A DNA stretch of 64,000 nt, taken from Macrostomum hystrix (taxonomy: Eukaryota; Animalia; Platyhelminthes). Positions 24,715-34,782 of this stretch are shown one piece after another. Below the pieces are notes generated by a model. That model worked only from the letters and a program-made list of their open reading frames with translations, made no database searches and was not told the DNA's origin. Where the stretch lies: the NCBI GenBank assembly GCA_950097015.1, contig CATNEN010000007.1, forward strand, positions 1,302,001 through 1,366,000, written 5' to 3'. Both the position numbers and the translations under genes were made by a program. Positions within the stretch are counted from its first letter, which is position 1. Every line of letters begins with the position of its first letter.

Positions 24715-25979
24715 CTATACGAGTAGCCCGTTGGGTGCCACGGGCGTTGCGCTCGGAGCACAAGGCCCAGCGCAGCGAGTGCGTAGCAAACCTTCTCAAC
24801 CGCCTGGACACTGACGCCGACGATTTTTTTCGAACGGTTGGTGACTGGTGATGAGACCTGGATCTACCAGTACGATCCAGAGTAAAAAATCCAGTCAAAA
24901 GAGTGGCTGCCTCAAGGATCTGCCGGGCCAAATAAGTTCCGGGCCGACCGCTCCGTGGCCAAGGTCATGGCAACCATTTTCTGGGATGCCGAGGGAGTCA
25001 TTCTAGTGGACTTCCTAGAGGAGCAGCGTTTGATCACTGCCTTTGATAGGAACAAGTCTGTTTTGTCTCGAGCTTGGTCAGAGTCGGAGAGCTTCTTGGT
25101 GCGCGCTGTTGCCGATAGCTGTTGCATCCACGCCTCGGCCATTTCTGCATTTTCCAAATCAAGCTCTTGGCTCTGTGGCCTGCCTGCTTGCGATGCCATT
25201 GTCATGTCGCAAATGACTGAGAAAAGTTCATTTTGCTAGTTTGAGAACAAGGCGAGCAAAATTCTATATTTCAGTGTGCGATAATCAATAGCGAGATATT
25301 CTATAGCGATCAGGGGAGAGTGGTGGAAGGTGACAATATTTAGGGTGGTGGGCTAGGCGCACACAGGTAGACAGAGTGTAATAGAGAAAATGAGTATGCA
25401 CTTGCAGTGGATTAAAATAAGTGAGAACAAAATATAGTAAACAAGTTGTGATGCAAAATAAGTCAGACATTCATCGAGTTCAGTTCATCGAGTCATTTAG
25501 ATGAGCTACAGTTAAACGCCGCCTCAGCGCCTACTACGAAGGTGTGCTGCAGAAGCTGCGAGCAGAATTAGCCAGGAAGCGACCTGGCAAAATCCACCGG
25601 CGCATCCTCTTCCACCACGACAATGCCCCGGCACGTACTTGACGGCTCTGTCGAGGCGTCCTGTGCGAATTTCGCTGGGAAATTCTCTCCCACCCTCCCT
25701 ACAGCCTTGATCTTGCGCCATCAGACTTCTTCCTGTTTCCAAAGTTGAAGGAAGCTATTAGAGGAGTGCCACATTCGAGCAAGGAGGAGGCGAAAACAGC
25801 AGCTCAGCAGTGGCTCGCATCCCAGCCGCCTGACTTCTTCAGGGCGGGGCTGGAGCTATTGTGGCATCGTGTGGAGAAGTTCCTAGAGCTGGATGGAGAT
25901 TTCGTGGAGAAACAAGCCTTTACATTGGTTTCTGATCTTTGAAAAATAATATTTATCATAACTTTTTGACTTCCCCTCG
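24715..25979 (+). mobile_element. mariner (DD34D-type) transposon remnant, 5'-truncated and interrupted
   Basis: ARWVPRAL, LVTGDETWIYQYDPE, KVMATIFWDAEGVILVDFLE, then an insertion, then ILFHHDNAPA and HPPYSLDLAPSDFFLFPKLK. The right TIR ...ATAACTTTTTGACTTCCCCTCG is followed by TA at 25980-25981. In-frame stops present. Confidence 0.9.
25042..25520 (-). mobile_element. Insertion in the mariner, probably the 5' part of an LTR retrotransposon (LTR/leader plus gag start)
   Basis: It interrupts the mariner frame after EEQRLITA. The minus strand gives MASQAGRPQSQELDLENAEMAEAWMQQLSATARTKKL...DLFLSK, which resembles a gypsy-type gag N-terminus. Confidence 0.45.
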
Positions 25980-26080
25980 TATGAGATAGTAAAGATCGCA
26001 ATCAAACTAAATTGACGCATAAGGACAATGCATTTCAGATGTTTCAGCTTTTTCGCCACTCTGCTGACGCCGGTAGGCCG

Positions 26081-26286
26081 CTGTGGACTGTAAGAGCTGT
26101 GGACTGTAAGAGCTGTGGACTGTAAGAGCTGTGGACTGCAAGAGCTGTGGACTGTAAGAGCTGTGGACTGTAAGAGCTGTAAGAGCTGTGGACTGTAAGA
26201 GCTGTAAGAGCTGTGGACTGTAAGAGCTGTGGACTGTAAGAGCTGTGGACTGTAAGAGCTGTAAGAGCTGTAAGAGCTGTGGACTG
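26081..26286. repeat. 16/9-bp satellite
   Basis: Units CTGTGGACTGTAAGAG and CTGTAAGAG. Confidence 0.95.
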
Positions 26287-26668
26287 ACGGCTCTGCCGCC
26301 GGAGGGACGGAGAAAGGTGGCACCGGTGCCATCCTTCTCGCCAACGACGTTGTTGTTGCTAGACTCCGCGCCCCAGCGGGAGCAGTTACCTCGTCCTTCC
26401 GTGCGGACGAGGCCGCGCTCCGCCTGGGCCTATAGAGGCGCTGCTTGCTTGCTGAACTCCGAAGGCCTTATCTGCTGCACCGACTCCCAATCGCTCATTC
26501 GGGCCCTGGACGGCGGCCCAGCATGGACTCGCCAGCACCTGGATGAAAACCCGACGCTGGCCGTCCTCACCATCAACGGCCCGCTCGTCCTTTCTTTCCT
26601 GCGCGAGATCGGGCTATGACCCGCCCCCGAAGGGTTGCAACCGGCCGGAATAAACAACAACAGCAACA
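26278..26668 (+). mobile_element. 3' fragment of an RNase H-bearing non-LTR retrotransposon (I/Ingi-like)
   Basis: LWTDGSA...GTGA...TSSFRADEAAL...CTDSQSLIRAL (RNase H D-E-D core), C-terminal VLSFLREIGL*, then AATAAA and a (CAA)n tail. Confidence 0.75.
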
Positions 26669-26866
26669 TCCTTGAGTGCTTCAGTTTCATTCGCGTTATA
26701 GTGCGCGAAGCACAAATTCGAATTGAAAAAGTTTTACTAGAGCGAAACAATTCTGCACTTCGCGAGCTGGTCATGGTTTAACTGTTGAAAATTGCTGAAA
26801 TAGAGTGGTCGGTCTACTTTATATAGAGAAGATGCCTATAATTCTGCCCATACTGCAAGCCTTCTA

Positions 26867-27485
26867 TACTCAGCAACAGCTAAACCCCCCCAACTCACGC
26901 TGTCACACGGGCACAAAAGTTAAGCAATGTCTTTAATTCTAGTCTCAGTATCGTGTGTAGGAACCACGAGCATGCAAAAGTGCCGTGACTCGTCGTGGCA
27001 TCCTGATCACCAGCCGGTTGATGAACTCTTGGGGCAGCTGCTGCCAGGCATTCAGCACCGCCAGTCGCAACTGTTCAGCATTCTGTGGGGCATCCTGCTG
27101 ATCTCTTCGCTTTACAAAGTCCCAGACATGCTCGATGGGGTTCATGTCTGGAGACTTTGACGGCCAGTTCAATGTGCGAATGCCGAGCTGCTCCTTCAGC
27201 AGCTGCACGTGTGCTGCTCGATGTGGCGCAGCGTTGTCGTCTTGAAGCATGCAGTTCTGCGGGCCGCCAAAGGTTGTCGTAGCAAATGGCAGAAACTGCT
27301 GCTGTAGCAGCTCTGCATAGGTCTGCCCAGTTACATTCTGCTCCAGAATGACAAGCTCCTGTTTTGCCATTCAGTGCGATGCCAGCCCAGGCGTGCAGTG
27401 AAACACATTTCTGAGTCACCGATGGCATACAAAACTTTTGGGCCGTGTGACAGCGTGAGTTGGGGGTTTAAGCTGTTGCTGAGTC
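26867..27485 (-). mobile_element. Tc1-family deletion derivative (619 bp) with ~55-60-bp TIRs
   Basis: TA|TACTCAGCAACAGCTAAACCCCCCAACTCACGCTGTCACACGG at the left end, with its inverse ending GAGTC|TA at 27485. ORF 26945-27370 has LQDDNAAPHRA and WPSKSPDMNPIEHVW (DD34E-type). Confidence 0.92.
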
Positions 27486-29201
27486 TATATCCGAATACGC
27501 TCATATTCGACGCTCTGAACTGCTGCTGCGTCGATAAATAAAAATTTATGATGCACTTTTTTCGCTGCGCTGTTGCGCTTGTGCTTGTGCCCATGCAGCG
27601 TTTTACATTCGAGTCACTTTTGAACGCAAAGCCAAGCACTAAAATATTACTTAAGTCAGTCAGTAATTGCAAAATGACGAACATGACTAAAAGTGTAAAC
27701 GAGTCTAAAATTAATATACTGAGTATAACAGTCACATGTAGGTCTTCAAACTATTGACTGACGCAATTTGTCTGCGGAGAAAGATTGCCAATCGGAAGCG
27801 GAGTTGAAGACATTTGCATTTTAAGTTTGCTACCTTCTAGCTATATAGATATCTGCTGTGGGCCATGAGTGAAGTCTTTAATCATAAACGAAACAAACCA
27901 CAAGTTTTCTATTAAATCCCAACACAGAAAGCTAATAATGGAATTGAACATATTTTTACATACATACAATGCGCTGATAAATATACTTTTCTGCCTAGTG
28001 AAATTTTTTTAAAGTACTTCAAAGAAGTATAAAAGATTAAACCATTGAAACAAAAGCCTATGATACTGTCTTGTATACTCGTACAATAAACGCACAATAT
28101 AGTGCAGGTCTCAGCAGAATCGCAAGCCAAACAATGGCCGCTCTGCAAGAACAATAGGACATAGAAACCTCATGCGCCCCCTGATGTGAGCCAACTAAAT
28201 TCAGTTGCGCGCCAATGGCCTAATATGGATATTGTCGCCATTTCGGAAAAAAACAAGTGTCAACTTTCCTTCAGAGGAAAAACTGGTTCTCGGAAAGTTT
28301 TCTGTTCGTATTTCGAACGTCAGAACAGATCAAGCCCCCATCACTTTGCTTAAATTTTACGGGATCTGCGAGGAAGACAAATTTAGTTGCAGTTAAAAAT
28401 TCTCTATTCAATATTTGTCACGGACTTTCTCCAGTGTTATGATGTCGATTGCGTTTACGATTTAGTGAAATCGCACAATTTATACGGCGTAAAACTGCTA
28501 ACTTTGTCTTTTACTTACAAGTATGCATTTTATATTACGAAATGGATAACTTTTAGATTCATTGAGAATAAATAAAAAGGGCTGAATAAAAAGCAGTGAC
28601 GTCATTCCGGCCTAGACGCAGCTGGTTTTCAATTCGTTAAATCTGGTATGCATTTTAACATAGATCTGTATCTCGTAGATCTCCTCGGACTCCTGATTAG
28701 ATGTCCGGTTGACCAGAACGACGACGTCAGAATAGTTTGGTGAAGGTACACAAACAAAAAACCAGAAGTTTGTCCCCTAGCCTATAGTTGCGAAACAAAA
28801 AATGTTCGCTCAAAATATTCGAGCTAAAATATGCTAATATGGCCTCTCAATTCAAGGAGTTGTACAATAACGCTATCTCATTGCACAGGCCCGAGTCCCT
28901 CGCCACCCATTGTTTATACTGGCTTAGCTTCAAATGCGGCGGACATAAGGACTATCGCATGGGACTGCGCAGTTAAGGCCACCTTGCTACGTAGGACCGG
29001 CCCAAACTGGGTCCTAATTCTCAGTCTCAGGCTCGAGAACCTCCTGAGGCGATTCTCCTGAGTGGCCCGGATCAGGATAGCTCCGTGGTCGCCAGGATCT
29101 TACGAAACTGTCCATTTTACCTACCTAACAACAAACTAAACGCCCCCAGGAAAGTCAGGCCAAAAGAGGGGCATGCAGCGTCGCAGCAAACGCTTAATTG
29201 A

Positions 29202-29658
29202 GAGCGCTGCAGCTGAACGCTACTCCAGCGTGAGCGCTGCAGCTGAACGCTACTCCAGCGTGAGCGCTGCAGCTGAACGCTACTCCAGCGTGAGCGCTGC
29301 AGCTGAACGCTACTCCAGCGTGAGCGCTGCAGCTGAACGCTACTCCAGCGTGAGCGCTGCAGCTGAACGCTACTCCAGCGTGAGCGCTGCAGCTGAACGC
29401 TACTCCAGCGTGAGCGCTGCAGCTGAACGCTACTCCAGCGTGAGCGCTGCAGCTGAACGCTACTCCAGCGTGAGCGCTGCAGCTGAACGCTACTCCAGCG
29501 TGAGCGCTGCAGCTGAACGCTACTCCAGCGTGAGCGCTGCAGCTGAACGCTACTCCAGCGTGAGCGCTGCAGCTGAACGCTACTCCAGCGTGAGCGCTGC
29601 AGCTGAACGCTACTCCAGCGTGAGCGCTGCAGCTGAACGCTACTCCAGCGTGAGCGCT
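29202..29658. repeat. Perfect 30-bp minisatellite, 15 copies
   Basis: Unit GTGAGCGCTGCAGCTGAACGCTACTCCAGC; no variant copies seen. Confidence 0.97.
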
Positions 29659-29659
29659 A

Positions 29660-30050
29660 CTTTCATGCCCGGGTTATGGACGAGACGAGAACTGTAGTAG
29701 ACGAGAACTGTCTCCACGGTCGCTTGGCAGAGCGCGAATCTCAGCTGGTAAGGGTGGAGCTTCGGACTGTACGATTGGTTCTGAAAGATCGATATGCCAC
29801 TCGTGCCATTCCTGAGGTCCACGAACCTCAGCGGGGGCTTAAAGACTTAATCCTCGTTGCCCAGATACCACGTGGCTGTCACGTGATCCCTTGCCAGACC
29901 TTGGAAGAAGATTCAACCTTGAGAACTTGAGTCTTCTTCCGGCTGCATACGAACGGTTTGCTCATTTGAACTAAATTTACTCGCATATCCAGCTGCATTC
30001 CCCGAATCTTCTTGGAGGTAAAACGGTGCCTAACGAGGGTGATTCAGGAG
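29660..30050 (-). mobile_element. Degraded RTE-like LINE remnant
   Basis: Minus-strand fragments WYLGN and LCQATVETVLVY resemble the LINE at 23.6 kb. Confidence 0.4.
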
Positions 30051-31141
30051 TTATACAGTCATTCTCTTGGTGCTGCGGAGAGATGCCTAACTGTTAAACG
30101 TAAGCCAAGAAATTATCGAAGCAGTACAAAGCAATGTTCTCAGGACCTATTTCTGTTAAAGGTCTCCGATGGCATACCAACTAAGGCAAGCTAGTCTTCT
30201 CTCTAGATAGTATAGTTGAAAATGAGGCCCAATTATTATTTAGGTGTGTGTTTGGAATCGGCATAAAAATCCGCTATAAGAACTCTGAATTTCATGTTTG
30301 TGCAGAAGATAAATTAAACTACAAAACGGCACTCTAGCATGCAATTTTAGAAACTTCTCTATATAATTCAGTGAACAGCTCAGCTGAGGCCTAAGCAGTA
30401 AAAACTCAAAGCAAAGTGTTCCAATGATCTATAGAAGACGTGTTATGGGTCTTTTTTCTTATCGGCTTGATGGCTTTTGCCTGTTTTCTTTTTTCTCTGT
30501 TCCATTTTTCTGGCATTTTTTAACTAATTGCTTTGAATATATAATGTTTGCAACAAAATTTTTTTAAATTTCACATTTTCTCGAAAGTCACTCGTAATAT
30601 AAAAAAAATGTATCCAAATAACAATCAGCACCTTATCAAGAACAAGCTTGCGCTTAGTTATTAGGTCCACTAATAACTAGTAGACGAGTAGAAGCTTAAA
30701 CTTTAATAAACTGAATAAGCTCCGTCCAGAAGTGAAAACAATTTCATTCAAGATAATAAACAAAAGCTAGCATTTCACTTGCACACAGCTGTCCGAAACA
30801 AAACTACGAAAATTCACAAAAACTTGAGTGACGCTTTTTGTTGCGTCAATTCCTATCTGGACAATGGACCCAACTCGACACAAAAGAAATCACAGTAACC
30901 AATAGTGAACTGGCAGCCTTCTACCATTAGATTTGTTCGGCAGATACCCATTGTCTGCTTTGTTATACAGGGAAATGTTTTCTTGCAAACTCAGCAAAAT
31001 ATTTTATCATCCAGTAGAAGAGAATAGGTGACACAGAAAACTTGCGACTTTCATGGCGAGAGAGCAGTTTAAATTCAAAGGCATTGTAGGCTGAACAAAC
31101 AGGCATTGTTAAGAAACTTTCGAAGTCGGAAGTCGAAATGC

Positions 31142-31148
31142 TATAAAT
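31142..31148 (+). promoter_or_regulatory. Candidate TATA box of the secreted repeat-protein gene
   Basis: CTATAAATA ~76 nt upstream of ATG 31224. Confidence 0.55.
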
Positions 31149-31223
31149 ATAGCTAAAACGTAAAGGAGAAATGCAGAATCAACTTTTCCTAAAGATTAAG
31201 ATCTGTAAAAGCAACAGGACAGC

Positions 31224-33513
31224 ATGAAGCTGATACTGCTTCTACTAGTGACGGTTGCGGTGGCTGCAGCGGTAAGCACTCTCAGTCGTTTTAACAATTT
31301 AGAATCTGAATTCCACAGGTAGCTGACTAAGAACATTCAATACCGGCAAAAAAATTTAGATACCGCGAGGCTTAAACAGGCCTCCTCCACCAACACCCGA
31401 GGAGGATGATAGTGAGAGAGATGCCGGCCGCCGACCACCACCGTCCCCGACACCTGAAGAGGACGACGATGATGAGGATGATAGTGAGAGAGATGCCGGC
31501 CGCCGACCACCACCGTCCCCGACACCTGAAGAGGACGACGATGATGAGGATGATAGTGAGAGAGATGCCGGCCGCCGACCACGACCATCCCCGACACCTG
31601 AAGAGGACGACGATGATGAGGATGATAGTGAGAGAGATGCCGGCCGCCGACCACGACCATCCCCGACACCTGAGGATGATGAGGATGAGGACAAGAGAGG
31701 TGCCCGCCGCCGACCACGACCATCCCCGACACCTGAGGATGGTGAGGATGAGGACAAGAGAGGTGCCCGCCGCCGACCACGACCATCCCCGACACCTGAG
31801 GATGATGAGGATGAGGACAAGAGAGGTGCCCGCCGCCGACCACGACCATCCCCGACACCTGAGGATGGTGAGGATGAGGACAAGAGAGGTGCCCGCCGCC
31901 GACCACGACCATCCCCGACACCTGAGGAGGACGAGGACGATGAGGATGAGGACAAGAGAGATGCCCGCCGCCTACCACGACCATCCCCGACACCTGAGGA
32001 TGGTGAGGAGGATGAGGATGAGGACGAGAGAGATGCCCGCCGCCGACCACGACCATCCCCGACACCTGAGGATGATGAGGATGATAGTGAGAGAGATGCC
32101 GGCCGCCGACCACCACCGTCCCCGACACCTGAAGAGGACGACGATGATGAGGATGATAGTGAGAGAGATGCCGGCCGCCGACCACCACCGTCCCCGACAC
32201 CTGAAGAGGACGACGATGATGAGGATGATAGTGAGAGAGATGCCGGCCGCCGACCACGACCATCCCCGACACCTGAGGATGATGAGGATGAGGACAAGAG
32301 AAGTGCCCGCCGCCGACCACGACCATCCCCGACACCTGAGGATGGTGAGGATGAGGACAAGAGAGGTGCCCGCCGCCGACCACGACCATCCCCGACACCT
32401 GAGGAGGACGAGGACGATGAGGATGAGGACAAGAGAGATGCCCGCCGCCTACCACGACCATCCCCGACACCTGAGGATGGTGAGGAGGATGAGGATGAGG
32501 ACGAGAGAGATGCCCGCCGCCGACCACGACCATCCCCGACACCTGAGGATGATGAGGATGATAGTGAGAGAGATGCCGGCCGCCGACCACCACCGTCCCC
32601 GACACCTGAAGAGGACGACGATGATGAGGATGATAGTGAGAGAGATGCCGGCCGCCGACCACCACCGTCCCCGACACCTGAAGAGGACGACGATGATGAG
32701 GATGATAGTGAGAGAGATGCCGGCCGCCGACCACGACCATCCCCGACACCTGAGGATGATGAGGATGAGGACAAGAGAGGTGCCCGCCGCCGACCACGAC
32801 CATCCCCGACACCTGAGGATGATGAGGATGACGACAAGAGAGGTGCCCGCCGCCGACCACGACCATCCCCGACACCTGAGGATGGTGAGGATGAGGACAA
32901 GAGAGGTGCCCGCCGCCGACCACGACCATCCCCGACACCTGAGGATGATGAGGATGAGGACAAGAGAGGTGCCCGCCGCCGACCACGACCATCCCCGACA
33001 CCTGAGGAGGACGAGGACGATGAGGATGAGGACAAGAGAGATGCCCGCCGCCTACCACGACCATCCCCGACACCTGAGGATGGTGAGGAGGATGAGGATG
33101 AGGACGAGAGAGATGCCCGCCGCCGACCACGACCATCCCCGACACCTGAGGATGGTGAGGAGGATGAGGATGAGGACAAGAGAGGTGCCCGCCGCCGACC
33201 ACGACCATCCCCGACACCTGAGGATGATGAGGATGAGGACAAGAGAGGTGCCCGCCGCCGACCACGACCATCCCCGACACCTGAGGATGATGAGGATGAG
33301 GACAAGAGAGGTGCCCGCCGCCGACCACGACCATCCCCGACACCTGAGGAGGACGAGGACGATGAGGATGAGGACAAGAGAGATGCCCGCCGCCTACCAC
33401 GACCATCCCCGACACCTGAGGATGGTGAGGAGGATGAGGATGAGGACAAGAGAGATGCCCGCCGCCGACCACGACCATCCCCGACACCTGAGGATGGTGA
33501 GGAGGATGACTGA
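31224..33513 (+). CDS. Secreted basic/Pro/acidic tandem-repeat protein, 2 exons, ~733 aa
   Basis: Exon 1 (31224-31271) is MKLILLLLVTVAVAAA with donor GTAAGC. An 88-nt intron ends TTTAG. Exon 2 (31360-33513) is open in frame +1: IPRGLNRPPPPTPEEDD, then about 32 units such as KRGARRRPRPSPTPEDDEDED and SERDAGRRPPPSPTPEEDDDDEDD, TGA at 33511. AATAAA at 33569. This frame is missing from the ORF track because exon 2 has no ATG. Confidence 0.85.
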
Positions 33514-33894
33514 GCGTGGCTTGTGCGTTTAGAATGCCTATCCAGTGTTTTTTTAAAACGGTTCAATGAATAAATAAACTCTTAGCTCAGCAATAATGGC
33601 ATAATAAAAGTTTCGGCTTTTTTCGAGACTATTTGCTGCTACAGAAACGGGTTAAGAAAAAAAATGAGAAAATATTTTTATCGATGCTATACTGCTAGCA
33701 TCTGGGAAACGGACAATATCTCGCCGCTAAAAAGGTGGAATTGTTACTCGTAACAAACAATACAATCCGATAATAACACATCCTCTAATTCCTCAAAGAG
33801 TTAGGAATTGAAGCTTTTCATTTGATAATACACAATCCTTACACACCCGTTACCGATGACGATAGGAAAATATATTCAATTGTGCAATTCTAGG

Positions 33895-34782
33895 TGTTTA
33901 ATAGTCGATTCTAGGTGCTTAATAGGCGGTGCTAGGTGCTTAATAGTCGATTCTAGATGCTTAATAGTCAGTTCTAGGTGCATGCTTAATAGTCAGTTCT
34001 AGGTGCATGCTTAATAGTCGATTCTAGATGCCTAATAGTCAGTTCTAGGTGCATGCTTAATAGTCGATTCTAGATGCTTAATAGTCAGTTCTAGGTGCAT
34101 GCTTAATAGTCGATTCTAGGTGCATGCTTAATAGTCGGTTTAAGTGCTTATTAGTCGGTTCTAGGTGCTTAATAGTCGGTTCTAGGTGCATGCTTAATAG
34201 TCGGTGCTAGGTACATGCTTAATAGTCAGTTTAAGTGCTTAATAGTCGGTTCTAGGTGCTTAATAGTCGGTGCTAGTTGCATGCTTAATAGTCGGTGCTA
34301 GGTGCTTAATAGTCGATTCTAGGTGCATGCTTAATAGTCGTTTCTATGTGCTTAATAGTCGGTTCTAGGTGCATGCTTAATAGTCGGTGCTAGGTGCTTA
34401 ATAGTCGGTGCTAGGTGCTTAATAGTCGATTCTAGGTGCATGCTTAATAGTCGGTGCTAGGTGCTTAATAGTCGGTGCTAGGTGCTTAATAGTCGGTTCT
34501 AGGTGCTTAATATTCTGTGCTAGGTGCATGCTTAATAGTCGGTGCTAGGTGCATGCTTAATAGTCGGTTCTAGGTGCTTAATAGTCGATTCTAGGTGCTT
34601 AATAGTCGGTTCTAGGTGCATGCTTAATAGTCAGTTTAAGTGCTTAATAGTCGGTTCTAGGTGCATGCTTAATAGTCGGTTCTAGGTGCATGCTTAATAG
34701 TCGGTGCTAGGTGCTTAATAGTCGGTGCTAGGTGCTTAATAGTCGATTCTAGGTGCTTAATAGTCGGTTCTAGGTGCTTAAA
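33895..34782. repeat. 21/25-bp minisatellite
   Basis: Units TTCTAGGTGCTTAATAGTCGG and TTCTAGGTGCATGCTTAATAGTCGG, interspersed. Confidence 0.95.

Noticed and set aside
24727-24746. GCCCGT...ACGGGC hairpin resembling a Helitron 3' end
   Set aside because: It encodes the mariner ARWVPRA motif in frame with the downstream transposase, and no CTRR terminus follows.
26737-26832. Possible 96-bp mini-Helitron on the minus strand (A|TCTTCTCTATATAAAG ... CTAG|T)
   Set aside because: The termini fit, but the subterminal hairpin is weak and there is only one copy; insufficient support.
29173-29697. (SAAAERYSSV)15 ORF, and regular arrays considered as CRISPR
   Set aside because: Head-to-tail repeats with no unique spacers, no cas genes and a eukaryotic context. 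The ORF has no supporting flanks.
31337-33566. Long ORFs 31337-33487 (-), 31356-33566 (-, Ser-rich) and 31406-33532 (+, Met/Arg-rich)
   Set aside because: Shadow frames of the repeat. Only frame +1 from 31360 joins in phase to a signal-peptide exon with a TATA box and poly(A) signal.
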